Assembly: GCA_963524145.1 (NCBI GenBank)
Contig: CAURDO010000005.1
Location: forward strand, 20,289-84,288
Origin: an uncultured Candidatus Saccharibacteria bacterium
GTDB lineage: Bacteria; Patescibacteriota; Saccharimonadia; Saccharimonadales; Saccharimonadaceae
DNA length: 64,000 nucleotides
Reading direction: 5' to 3'
A model generated the notes under the pieces. The model worked only from the letters and a program-made list of their open reading frames with translations, ran no database searches and was not told where the DNA came from. Shown here piece by piece: positions 53,511-62,346 of this stretch (within the stretch, counting starts at the first letter, position 1; each line of letters opens with the position of its first letter). The position numbers and the translations under genes are program-made.

Positions 53511-54647
53511 ATGAAACTACGGTCCACCACACCAGTTTCGGTATCGTTAGCCAGCAGAGCGTCTCTGGTGGCGATGTCTGTTTTGCTCGCTGGGTCGGGC
53601 ATTTTTGGCTTGGCATCGCACGTATTGGCGCGCGACTATGATGCTGAAATTAAGACAAAACAACAAGAAGCAGACAATTATAACTCTGAAGCCTCGCGAT
53701 TGGGCGAGATGGCTGACAGTTTACAATCAGAGTTAGATAAGATTAACGGACAGATTGCGGCCATCCAGGCGCAGATTGCTGATAGCCAAAAGAAGATTAA
53801 TAATCTTAATACGCAGATAAAGAAGAATGAGGTAGCGATTAAGCAAAACCGTAAGGCTATGGGCCAGATTCTTGCAGATTTGTATGTTGATGACCAAATT
53901 TCGCCACTGGAAATGCTTGCTAGCTCAAAGAATATTAGCGATTATATTGATAAGCAAGAGCAGCGTAGTTCATTAAAATCTTCTCTCAATGATAAGATTA
54001 AGGAAATTAAGTCTTTACAGAAAAAACTGGAAGAAAATAAGAAGGCTGTTGAGAATACATTGCGCGACCAAGAGCTGCAGCGTAATGCTATGGCAGCCAA
54101 GCAGTCAGAGAAGTCAAAGCTAATTGCCGATACGAAGAATGACCAGAATAATTACGCTGCATTGGCGCAAAAGCGTAATGCTGAAGTAGCTAAATTACGC
54201 GAAGAGCAGGCGGCAGCCAATCGACGCGCCCTTGGTAATGGTGTGTCGATCCCGGGTGGTATTCCAGGTGGCGGCGGTTATCCAGGCGTTTGGGCAAATG
54301 CGCCGCTGGATGCTTATGTTGACCCGTGGGGGTTGTATACGCGCGAGTGTGTGAGCTATGTAGCTTGGAAAATACATAGCACTGGTCGGTATGTGCCGCA
54401 TTTTGGTGGCGCGGGCAACGCTAACCAGTGGCCATCAACGGCGGCACGTTATGGTATTCCTAGCGGTTCTACGCCAAAAGTTGGCTCAGCAGCGGTAATG
54501 AATATCGGTTATTACGGTCATGTTATGTATGTCGAATCAGTCAATGGTGACGGAACCATTACAGTGAGTGACTATAACTTTGCTTGGGATGGGCTGTACC
54601 GATATTACACACGCTCGGCCTCAGGCTTAACATACGTTTACTTCTAG
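53511..54647 (+). CDS. Secreted coiled-coil plus CHAP-domain peptidoglycan hydrolase (PcsB/CwlO/RipC-like FtsEX partner candidate)
   Basis: Signal sequence, ~200-aa heptad-rich region. C-terminal CHAP with catalytic Cys (RECVSYVAWK) and His (GHVMYVESV). Confidence 0.8.
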   Translation: MKLRSTTPVSVSLASRASLVAMSVLLAGSGIFGLASHVLARDYDAEIKTKQQEADNYNSEASRLGEMADSLQSELDKINGQIAAIQAQIADSQKKINNLNTQIKKNEVAIKQNRKAMGQILADLYVDDQISPLEMLASSKNISDYIDKQEQRSSLKSSLNDKIKEIKSLQKKLEENKKAVENTLRDQELQRNAMAAKQSEKSKLIADTKNDQNNYAALAQKRNAEVAKLREEQAAANRRALGNGVSIPGGIPGGGGYPGVWANAPLDAYVDPWGLYTRECVSYVAWKIHSTGRYVPHFGGAGNANQWPSTAARYGIPSGSTPKVGSAAVMNIGYYGHVMYVESVNGDGTITVSDYNFAWDGLYRYYTRSASGLTYVYF

Positions 54648-54667
54648 TTAATATAAAGACCATATAA

Positions 54668-54693
54668 AAACGCTCGTGCTAACCGAGCGTTTT
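54668..54693 (+). terminator. Rho-independent terminator after the CHAP hydrolase gene
   Basis: aaacgctcg (54668-54676) / cgagcgttt (54684-54692), 7-nt loop. Confidence 0.75.
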
Positions 54694-54709
54694 GTAGTAT
54701 AATAAGCAT

Positions 54710-55885
54710 ATGGTTAAGGGAGAAAATAAGCAGCGCTTGGGCTGGTTCTTGACACTTGTTATCGTTGCAATTGTTAGTTTTGTCGCTGGAACGCGCTCAG
54801 AGAAGATATTTGCCACAGTAGCGCCAATGTTCGGTATCCGTATGTCAAGTGGGTCAATTGACCTATCTAGCGTTCAGGAGACGTATCGGAATTTGGTGGC
54901 AAATTATGATGGAAAATTGGATACTCAGAAATTAATTTACGGCGCTAACCGAGGGTTGGTTGAGGCGGCTGGCGACTCGCATACGGCATATATGGATCCA
55001 GATGAGACGAAGGAATTTGAAAAATCATTGAGTGGTAAAATTGGTGGTGGAATTGGCGCGGAAATTGGTTTAAGAAATGGCAAACCGACGATTATAAAGC
55101 CTTTGAATGATAGTCCGGCTCAAAAATCCGGCATTAAGGCTGGCGAGGTAATTGTTAAGGTCAATGATGAGTCAGTTGCTGATTGGACGGTGGATAAGGT
55201 TGTTAGCAAAATCCGTGGGGAAGTTGGCACCTCTGTAAAATTGACTTTGCTGAGTGAAAATCGAACGCATGAAGTTTCGGTTACGCGCCAAAACATTACC
55301 GCTCCAGCAGTAGAATCGGAGATTGATGGAGAGATTGGGATTTTAAAAGTTAATCGATTTGGCGATGACACAGTAAGCCTTGCCAAAAAATACGCCACAG
55401 AGTTTATCGAAAAAGGGGTAAAGAAGGTTATTGTAGATCTACGCAATAATCCCGGCGGAACGGTTAGCTCGGCACAAGGACTGCTGGGGCTTTGGCTGGA
55501 TAGGCAAGTAGCGATGACTGAGCGGCGCGGTTCAGAGGTTGTGAAGACGGCCCATACAACTGGTTCGCCAATTTTAGGCAATATGAAAACTGTAGTGTTA
55601 ATCAACGGCAATAGTGCTAGTGCTAGCGAAATTACTGCTGGTGCACTTCGGGATTACGGAAAAGCAAAGTTGGTGGGTCAAAAGAGTTATGGCAAAGGTA
55701 GTGTGCAAGTATTAATCGGACTTTCTGGCGGCTCACAGATGAAAGTAACAGAGGCGCGTTGGTATACGCCGAAAGGGAATAATATTGATAAAACTGGTAT
55801 TGAGCCTGATGTAAAAGTAGACCTGTCACCAGATGATGTTAATAATGGCCGTGATCCACAAATGGATAAAGCAAAATCGTTATGA
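54710..55885 (+). CDS. C-terminal processing peptidase (S41, Ctp/Prc-like) with a PDZ domain
   Basis: N-terminal TM helix, PDZ (SPAQKSGIKAGEVIVKVND), catalytic region NGNSASASEI..GQKSYGKGSVQ. Confidence 0.88.
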   Translation: MVKGENKQRLGWFLTLVIVAIVSFVAGTRSEKIFATVAPMFGIRMSSGSIDLSSVQETYRNLVANYDGKLDTQKLIYGANRGLVEAAGDSHTAYMDPDETKEFEKSLSGKIGGGIGAEIGLRNGKPTIIKPLNDSPAQKSGIKAGEVIVKVNDESVADWTVDKVVSKIRGEVGTSVKLTLLSENRTHEVSVTRQNITAPAVESEIDGEIGILKVNRFGDDTVSLAKKYATEFIEKGVKKVIVDLRNNPGGTVSSAQGLLGLWLDRQVAMTERRGSEVVKTAHTTGSPILGNMKTVVLINGNSASASEITAGALRDYGKAKLVGQKSYGKGSVQVLIGLSGGSQMKVTEARWYTPKGNNIDKTGIEPDVKVDLSPDDVNNGRDPQMDKAKSL

Positions 55886-55926
55886 CGCTTGTGTTTTTAT
55901 GAGATACAACATAAAATGGAGGTAAT

Positions 55927-56310
55927 ATGAATGAGCAAAAAAAGAAGATTTTACTGGTTGAAGACGACATGGCGTTGGCGGCGGTATATCGGTCGCGGTT
56001 GGAGATCGAGGGTTTTGACGTTAGAGAAGTCCATAACGGCGAGGATGCGCTATCTGCAACGGTGGAGTATCATCCAGATTTGATTTTATTGGATGTCATG
56101 ATGCCGAAGATTAGCGGTTTTGATGTCCTAGACATTCTTCGTAATACACCAGAAACTGCTAATGTGAGAATCGTGATGCTAACGGCGCTTAGTCAGCCAA
56201 AGGATAAAGAGCGAGCCGAGAGCTTGGGTGTTGATGATTATCTGGTGAAATCACAGGTGGTAATCGGTGACGTGGTGGCGCGAGTGAAACACCATCTTAA
56301 TATGCAGTAG
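55927..56310 (+). CDS. Stand-alone response-regulator receiver protein (CheY-like)
   Basis: KILLVEDD, DLILLDVMMP (phospho-acceptor Asp), MLTAL, DDYLVK. No output domain. SD ggagg upstream. Confidence 0.88.
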   Translation: MNEQKKKILLVEDDMALAAVYRSRLEIEGFDVREVHNGEDALSATVEYHPDLILLDVMMPKISGFDVLDILRNTPETANVRIVMLTALSQPKDKERAESLGVDDYLVKSQVVIGDVVARVKHHLNMQ

Positions 56311-56349
56311 AAAGCAGATCAGGAGAGGTAACTGACCTCTGGTAGGGGG

Positions 56350-56378
56350 TTGACTTTTGGCGAGGTTTTCGTTATAAT
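56350..56378 (+). promoter_or_regulatory. Sigma70-type promoter (TTGACT-17-TATAAT) for the leaderless orphan gene
   Basis: TTGACT at 56350-56355, 17-nt spacer, TATAAT at 56373-56378. The GTG start at 56385 lies 6 nt downstream. Confidence 0.65.
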
Positions 56379-56384
56379 AAAATC

Positions 56385-57632
56385 GTGGAAGAACTTGGAA
56401 ATATACAAGAATCGAAAAATGGTAAACATGACAGAATGGTTACTCAGTATATCGATACGAGGTTTCCAGAGGGACATGGGGTAGAATTTTCGGAAGAAAG
56501 CATTCCTGACAAAATCACTCTATTATTTGGTGCTAATCAACAAACTACGTTATATTTGCAATCTGTAGATAGTCTATCTAAGGAGCATTTTGGTGACAGA
56601 TTATATCCTTCACTTAATGGTCGACCTATAAATCCTTCTGTAGACTATGTTATATACGACCCACTTTCATCGGGAAGAGGAATAAAAGGGCTGAGAATCG
56701 GAGAAGAGGTTAAGATAGGCAGAGACTATGAACATGGTGGCGAGCTTGTTTTTCCTGAACTCCGTAATGACGAAACTATTCCGGACGAAGGAGACTATTT
56801 TAGAGCGTCTCTAGGTGAAGATGGCAGGTTGATTTTACAATTTTTACAGGAGCCTTACGGGAGTATCCAGTATGATATACCAGAAGAGCAGGCCTTTGGG
56901 TGGGGTAAGTTAGAATCACACCTCTCTCTGTCGTCAGAAGAAGACGCCAACACGAGTGAGGATGGAGCCATTCCGGAAGGTGCAATTAGGCTACTTAAAG
57001 GTAAAATGATTGCTGATGTTGTGCAGTTTGAAAGAAAATATAAGGAGAGAACAGACCAGTTCAGGCGTCATGCCCGGACGCTGGAGGGTGCGATTACTCA
57101 GGTTGAAGGACTGGTGAATGAGTTATTAATTAATAGTAGAGTAAACAGGAGTCAATCTGATAAAGAAGGCATTAGGAATAACTTTTATCGGCATATAATT
57201 CCAGCAAAAAGGGTTGCGTCAAATGAATCCGAACTTACCGGAGATGAGGGGCTGTGGATTGCAGAATTTCAAGAGAGTATTGAAAATTCTGTAAGGGAAG
57301 TGGGAAGTGTACGTGTTGGTATTAGGGATGAGGAACGTAGCCAGTATATAGGCAGGCTTCTAAAGAGCGTTGTTGATGAAGTGTCTGAGATATCTACTAG
57401 GTACATCGGTTTGGCCAATGTTACTGGTGAGGTATCGCCTAGTTTCATGCAAATAGAGTGCTTAGTCGATAAAATGCTCAACGATAATTGGGGTATGGAG
57501 CATTACCTATCTCGGATTAAGCAGCATATTAACAAAATTAGAGATAATCTGAACACAATCAGCCGACTTAAACTTAATCAGTCCTCGAGCCTTGAGGAGA
57601 TTAAGAGACTGTTGTCTGACGAATGGCTTTAA
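56385..57632 (+). CDS. Hypothetical protein (415 aa, visibly lower GC, no recognisable family)
   Basis: Long ORF in an AT-rich stretch, with its own promoter and a strong terminator downstream. Confidence 0.6.
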   Translation: MEELGNIQESKNGKHDRMVTQYIDTRFPEGHGVEFSEESIPDKITLLFGANQQTTLYLQSVDSLSKEHFGDRLYPSLNGRPINPSVDYVIYDPLSSGRGIKGLRIGEEVKIGRDYEHGGELVFPELRNDETIPDEGDYFRASLGEDGRLILQFLQEPYGSIQYDIPEEQAFGWGKLESHLSLSSEEDANTSEDGAIPEGAIRLLKGKMIADVVQFERKYKERTDQFRRHARTLEGAITQVEGLVNELLINSRVNRSQSDKEGIRNNFYRHIIPAKRVASNESELTGDEGLWIAEFQESIENSVREVGSVRVGIRDEERSQYIGRLLKSVVDEVSEISTRYIGLANVTGEVSPSFMQIECLVDKMLNDNWGMEHYLSRIKQHINKIRDNLNTISRLKLNQSSSLEEIKRLLSDEWL

Positions 57633-57651
57633 ATATTGTTCTCCGAAAATA

Positions 57652-57680
57652 GAAAACACCCGCTTGAAGTGGGTGTTTTC
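57652..57680. terminator. Bidirectional rho-independent terminator between the orphan gene and rpmA
   Basis: gaaaacaccc (57652-57661) / gggtgttttc (57671-57680), a perfect 10-bp stem with a 9-nt loop. Confidence 0.85.
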
Positions 57681-57701
57681 TGCGATGGGGCTCTTTACTG
57701 G

Positions 57702-57974
57702 TTAATCAACATTAACTTGTGTTCGACGTTCTGTCTTGCCAGTGAATTTAGCTTTCTTCACTTGCTTAAAATTGACTACGCCATCTTTGGCTGCGTGAAT
57801 AGTGAAATTACGACTCATGTATGTACCATTGCCAGCAATCTTTGTAGCGCCAGTTTGGCGAACCAAGACCTGCCCAGCGGTAACTTTTTGACCACCGAAT
57901 CGCTTCACGCCAAGACGCCTACCAGCGTTATTGTGAAGGTTCTTGATAGAACCGCCAGCTTTAACCTTTGACAT
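57702..57974 (-). CDS. rpmA: 50S ribosomal protein L27
   Basis: KAGGSIKNLHNNAGRRLGVKRFGGQKVTAGQVLVRQTG. SD aaggag on the minus strand. Confidence 0.95.
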   Translation of the reverse strand: MSKVKAGGSIKNLHNNAGRRLGVKRFGGQKVTAGQVLVRQTGATKIAGNGTYMSRNFTIHAAKDGVVNFKQVKKAKFTGKTERRTQVNVD

Positions 57975-58037
57975 TCTTTACTCCTTATAGTTTTCTAAAA
58001 ACAATCTGTTTTAGTTTATCGAAAATAAAGCCAGTTG

Positions 58038-59231
58038 TCAAGCGGTTTTCGCTATATCTATGGGTTTTAGAACTAGGATTTCTCTGCCGACGACTTGGTC
58101 TGGACGGTAATATAGGAGATTTTTATTGGTAATTTGCCGATATCCAAGATCATTCAGATTTTTTAACAGGGGCAAGTGAGTGAACTGTCCGTGGTGATTT
58201 TGCCATGCCGGAACAGCGATACAGAGCGTAGAATCAGGGCGGATTTGCGAGTGAATGTTTTTTAGAAAGCTACTAATGATATAATTACAATTTCTAATCA
58301 CTTCCTGGAGCTTCTCTGGGGCTGGTGGGGCAGAAAATGGTTGTCCCAAATATGTTTCGCAGACAATATGGGAAATTTGTTGTTTTTGCTCGGGAGTTAA
58401 TTTAATGGAAGTGGCGTCAGATTGAAAAGTTTGCCAGAAAGTGTCTGTAGAAAACGTTTTTTCCAGCCAATGCATATTCTCTGACGTGTAGTTGATCATT
58501 TTATCGCTTAAATCGCTACCGTAAGTATTGATTTTTGCTAAAGCGGCTTCTTGTAAGACTGTACCTGTGCCGCAAAACGGATCCCAAAGGTAGTCGCCAG
58601 ATTTAGCCCCAGAGAGATTGATCATAATCTGTGCAAGCTTGGGTGGGAGCATACCGACGAAAGCGTCGCGCTTCGGACGTCCGCGGTCGCGCTGGGTATA
58701 TGAATTGATATTTTGAGTGCCACGGCTTTCAGCAATTAGCAAATCGCTGTTCGTAGCTTTAACGATGATAATTTCAATCTTCGTTTCAGACCTGCCGAGC
58801 TTATTATTATGAGAGGTCGCCGTGGATAAGGCGGCGGTCTTGTTTGGGATTAGACGCAGACTAACATTGGCGTTTTTTAAGGATTTTTTTAAGATAAGAC
58901 CAATTTTTTGGATATCGCGCGGATTTGCTTTATCGCCGTAAAAACTAATCCCAAAAGTTATTTTTTTCTGGCTATGCGCTAGTTTTCTCGTATATTGTTC
59001 GGTGATAAATTTCGAGGCTTGGAGGAGAGTGGCGTGGTCGGATTTTTGTGATTTTACCCGTTTGATGATATATCCACATTTGGTAATGCCACCCAAAGTG
59101 TCAATTGCAAAAGTATTGTAGTCGACAAGAGCGGCCTGATTGGAGACTCTTTGGATGTTTTTATCGCCGTAAACGGCCTCTAATTCAGCGATGGATATTT
59201 CTGGTTGGCGACCAAGGATAGCGATAAACAT
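58038..59231 (-). CDS. Class I SAM-dependent methyltransferase (UPF0020/Trm11/RlmL-like; substrate unknown)
   Basis: Motif I LWDPFCGTGTVLQEAA. The motif IV position reads VCETYLGQPF instead of DPPY. Minus-strand TGgTATAAT (rc of 59238-59246) lies 6 nt before the ATG. Confidence 0.55.
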   Translation of the reverse strand: MFIAILGRQPEISIAELEAVYGDKNIQRVSNQAALVDYNTFAIDTLGGITKCGYIIKRVKSQKSDHATLLQASKFITEQYTRKLAHSQKKITFGISFYGDKANPRDIQKIGLILKKSLKNANVSLRLIPNKTAALSTATSHNNKLGRSETKIEIIIVKATNSDLLIAESRGTQNINSYTQRDRGRPKRDAFVGMLPPKLAQIMINLSGAKSGDYLWDPFCGTGTVLQEAALAKINTYGSDLSDKMINYTSENMHWLEKTFSTDTFWQTFQSDATSIKLTPEQKQQISHIVCETYLGQPFSAPPAPEKLQEVIRNCNYIISSFLKNIHSQIRPDSTLCIAVPAWQNHHGQFTHLPLLKNLNDLGYRQITNKNLLYYRPDQVVGREILVLKPIDIAKTA

Positions 59232-59237
59232 GTCGTA

Positions 59238-59262
59238 ATTATACCATTTATCGTGGTATAAT
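59238..59262. promoter_or_regulatory. Back-to-back divergent -10 boxes for two leaderless genes
   Basis: Minus-strand TATAAT = rc of 59238-59243 (6 nt to ATG 59231). Plus-strand TGgTATAAT at 59254-59262 (7 nt to ATG 59270). Confidence 0.6.
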
Positions 59263-59269
59263 GAAGGTT

Positions 59270-60337
59270 ATGCTGCCAAAGGTATTGCAATTGTTTAAAT
59301 CGCCGCGAACTGTGATGAGCATCCTGACACTGGTGGTTCTGGTGGTGGTTATTTTTCTGTCACGACATGAGTTAGTGAAGGCATGGGGGCTGTTTTTAGG
59401 GGCGGATTTATGGTTACTATTCCTGCTGCTGCCATTCCAAATTATCGTGTATTTTGCTGGTGGCGAAATGATTTTCTCTTATTTAAGGGAGAAAAATTTG
59501 ATTCATCATATTTCTCGACTAGAACAGACGAGGATAGCTCTGGAGCTGAACCTGGTTAATCATATTTTCCCATCAGGCGGTGTTAGCGGAATTTCCTATA
59601 CGACATGGCGGATGCATAAGCTGGGTGTGAGTTCGGCGCGTTCAACATTTGCGCAGGTGATTCGCTATGTTACGGGTTTTTTGGCGCTGCTGGTTTTGCT
59701 GGTTATTGCGGTTTTGGCACTGGCGATTGACGGTAAGGTAAACCGATATATTGTAGCGGCAAGCTTTTTATTGATTGTGGTGGTTTTAGCCCTGACATTT
59801 GGGCTAATTTTTATGTTCTCCTCGAAGCGGCGCATGAGAGTGACAGCGGCGGGTGTATCGCGGTTTATTAATATGCTGGTGAAATTTGTAACACTAGGGA
59901 AGAAGCGGCGAGTTATGAAATCGAAAAGCGTTGAGGGATTCTTTATTGATATGCAAGATGATTTTCAGGATTTGGCGAATCACCCAAAGCTGTTAACGAA
60001 GCCAATGATTTGGGGAATCATTTACACGATTTTTGATGTTGCTATGTTTACGGTAGCGTTTATGTCACTTGGGGTTTTTGTTAATCCAGCAATTCTAATG
60101 GTTGGTTATGGCGTAGCGGGTTTGGCAGCAATTTTTGTATTTACACCTGGGGGAACAGGGGTTTATGAGACGATTATGATCATATTTTTAAGCATGGCAG
60201 GAACGCCGCCAGATCTGGCGATTGCCGGAATTATTTTAACGAGGGCGATTTTACTGACTGGCACAATTGTCTTTGGTTATATTTTTTACCAGCACGCATT
60301 GATTAAGTACGGCAAGCCGAATGACTCCCAGGTTTAG
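59270..60337 (+). CDS. Multi-pass membrane protein, lysylphosphatidylglycerol-synthase-TM-region / flippase-like family (tentative)
   Basis: About 8 TM helices, N-terminal ...LSRHELVKAWGLFLGADLWLLFLLL... pattern. The listed ATG at 59261 lies inside the -10 box, so 59270 is preferred. Confidence 0.5.
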   Translation: MLPKVLQLFKSPRTVMSILTLVVLVVVIFLSRHELVKAWGLFLGADLWLLFLLLPFQIIVYFAGGEMIFSYLREKNLIHHISRLEQTRIALELNLVNHIFPSGGVSGISYTTWRMHKLGVSSARSTFAQVIRYVTGFLALLVLLVIAVLALAIDGKVNRYIVAASFLLIVVVLALTFGLIFMFSSKRRMRVTAAGVSRFINMLVKFVTLGKKRRVMKSKSVEGFFIDMQDDFQDLANHPKLLTKPMIWGIIYTIFDVAMFTVAFMSLGVFVNPAILMVGYGVAGLAAIFVFTPGGTGVYETIMIIFLSMAGTPPDLAIAGIILTRAILLTGTIVFGYIFYQHALIKYGKPNDSQV

Positions 60338-61412
60338 TGTCAGCAATTTCCTGGCGGTGGTTAACCAGACGTTTGAGGTGGCTTTTAACGGCGCGGTTGA
60401 AGTTGAGGGCGAGGTTGCTAGCTTTAAGCCGTATCCGCCAAAATATGCGTTTTTTACCCTGAAGGACGAGGACGGATCGGTCAATTGTTTTGTGGGCTTT
60501 AGCAATCTGCGGACGCCAATTGAGGACGGAATGAAAGTGGTGGTTCGGGCGATGCCAAGCCTGAGAGGCGATGGTAGGTTTAATTTACAAGTTCAGGAAA
60601 TTCATCCGCTGGGCAAGGGGAGTCTAAAGCGGAGTTTTGATATTTTACGGCAGCGGCTGTCGGCCGAAGGTCTGTTTGATGCGGAACGTAAGCGCTCCTT
60701 GCCGCCATATCCTGCTCGCGTGGCGGTTATTTCTAGTACGCAAGCGGCGGGCTACGCGGATTTTATGAAAATTGCTGGTGAGCGCTGGGGCGGGGTGCAG
60801 TTTATCGTAGCTAATGTTAAGGTTCAGGGTGATGGCGCGGCCGATCAGGCGATGCGGGCGATTGCCCACTGTAACCAGTTGGCGGAGACGCCAGAGGTGA
60901 TCGTGCTGATTCGCGGTGGCGGTAGCGCGGAGGACCTGGCGAGCTTTAATGATGAATGCTTGGTGCGAGCGGTGGCTGGCAGCCGCGTGCCAGTGCTGAC
61001 TGGTATCGGACACGAGGTTGACGAAAGTTTGTGCGATTTGGCGGCTGATGTGCGGGCGGCCACGCCGAGCAATGCCGCTCAGCTGCTATTTCCGGATAAA
61101 CACGATGTGAGGCGGCAATTAGAGTTGCGACTGGGCAGTATAGCAGAGGTGATTCGGCGGCAGATTCAGGAGCGGCGCCTACATGCAACAATGTTGCAAC
61201 AAGCGGCGCTCGAACAGTGGTTGCGCCGCGTCGAGATTGCCATGAATGCAACATTGTCGCAACAACGAATTATTGCTGAGTACGACCCAGAGATGGCGCT
61301 GCGGCGCGGTTACGCGATGATTAGCGGCGATTGTCAAATTGGTAGTGTGGTAACGATTACAACAAAAGATATGATTATGAAAGCGAGGATTGAGAGTAGT
61401 GAAAAACGATAA
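60321..61412 (+). CDS. xseA: Exodeoxyribonuclease VII large subunit
   Basis: OB-fold N-terminus (VSNFLAVVNQTFE...VEGEVASFK), VAVISSTQAAGYADF, IRGGGSAEDL, TGIGHEVD. Confidence 0.88.
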   Translation: MTPRFSVSNFLAVVNQTFEVAFNGAVEVEGEVASFKPYPPKYAFFTLKDEDGSVNCFVGFSNLRTPIEDGMKVVVRAMPSLRGDGRFNLQVQEIHPLGKGSLKRSFDILRQRLSAEGLFDAERKRSLPPYPARVAVISSTQAAGYADFMKIAGERWGGVQFIVANVKVQGDGAADQAMRAIAHCNQLAETPEVIVLIRGGGSAEDLASFNDECLVRAVAGSRVPVLTGIGHEVDESLCDLAADVRAATPSNAAQLLFPDKHDVRRQLELRLGSIAEVIRRQIQERRLHATMLQQAALEQWLRRVEIAMNATLSQQRIIAEYDPEMALRRGYAMISGDCQIGSVVTITTKDMIMKARIESSEKR

Positions 61413-61608
61413 GGCAAACGAAAAAACGATTGAGCAAATGATGGCGGAACTGAACGAACGCATCGCGTGGTTTCAGGGCGATGACTTTAATCTGGACGAG
61501 GCCAAGCAGCGGTTTATTGAGGCGCGGCAGCTGGCGAAGGATATTACAACGGCGCTGGACGGCATGCAGCACGACATTACAGTGCTTAGCGAGGATTTTA
61601 GCGCATGA
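61390..61608 (+). CDS. xseB: Exodeoxyribonuclease VII small subunit (start ambiguous: TTG 61390 or GTG 61399)
   Basis: EQMMAELNERIAWFQGDDFNLDEAKQRFIEARQLAK. Overlaps the end of xseA. Confidence 0.8.
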   Translation: MRVVKNDKANEKTIEQMMAELNERIAWFQGDDFNLDEAKQRFIEARQLAKDITTALDGMQHDITVLSEDFSA

Positions 61609-61651
61609 GATGGACTTTACATCACTCTAAGCATAAGCTATACTTGAAAAT

Positions 61652-62311
61652 ATGAATACGAGATATAGGAGAGAACAGGGGTCGGTGAATGGCTGGATGG
61701 TCGGTACGTTCGGCTGTTTGGTGCTGTTTCTGATTGCTGGGTCGCTGGCTATTTGGGCGTACATGCAATATTCCCACGAGAAAAATAATGTTGATAGCAA
61801 GGTGGCTATTGAAGTCGCTAAAGGTAAGGGTGAGCAGGCGGAAATTGATCAGAAGAAGTTTTCTGAAGAGGCTAAGAATCCGCGGATTGAGTTTGTTGGT
61901 CCAAGTGAGTACGGTCGCGTGTCGTTTATGTATCCAAAAACTTGGAGCGTGTATATAGAAAATGATGGTAGCAACAGGGGTGACTATAAAGCTTATCTAA
62001 ACCCAATATCAGTTCCATCAACAGTCAGTAAGACAAGTCGGTTTGCGTTGAGACTGGAGATTATTAACAAGAATATGGATGCAGTACTGAATGAATATCA
62101 GTCGCGATTGAAGAAGGGTGAATTGACTTCAAGTAGTACTGAGTTTAACGGAATTTCTGCAACGCGGATTGATGGTGCATTTGATAAGAATTTGCGTGGT
62201 TCAGCTGTATTGATGAAGGTTCGTGACAAGACTATTCGTTTTTCAACCGACGCCGACACATTTAAGCCAGATTTTCAGACGATATTGGGCACAGTGAAGA
62301 TTGCTGAATAG
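61652..62311 (+). CDS. Hypothetical membrane-anchored extracytoplasmic protein
   Basis: One N-terminal TM helix (WMVGTFGCLVLFLIAGSLAIWAY), then a ~170-aa beta-rich domain. TATACT (61639-61644) lies 7 nt before the ATG. Confidence 0.55.
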   Translation: MNTRYRREQGSVNGWMVGTFGCLVLFLIAGSLAIWAYMQYSHEKNNVDSKVAIEVAKGKGEQAEIDQKKFSEEAKNPRIEFVGPSEYGRVSFMYPKTWSVYIENDGSNRGDYKAYLNPISVPSTVSKTSRFALRLEIINKNMDAVLNEYQSRLKKGELTSSSTEFNGISATRIDGAFDKNLRGSAVLMKVRDKTIRFSTDADTFKPDFQTILGTVKIAE

Positions 62312-62346
62312 AAAAAGTAACTCAAGTTTTGCTATACTAGAAATGT

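Noticed and set aside
57636-57971. 111-aa plus-strand ORF.
   Set aside because: It is exactly antisense to rpmA (L27), which is unambiguous.
58050-58060. CGCTATATCTA, identical to one arm of the 9268-9303 terminator and similar to the greA leader repeats.
   Set aside because: It falls inside the 3' end of the methyltransferase coding region (…PIDIAKTA). With only three or four occurrences I cannot distinguish a motif from chance. It is kept only as a note under the greA leader finding.
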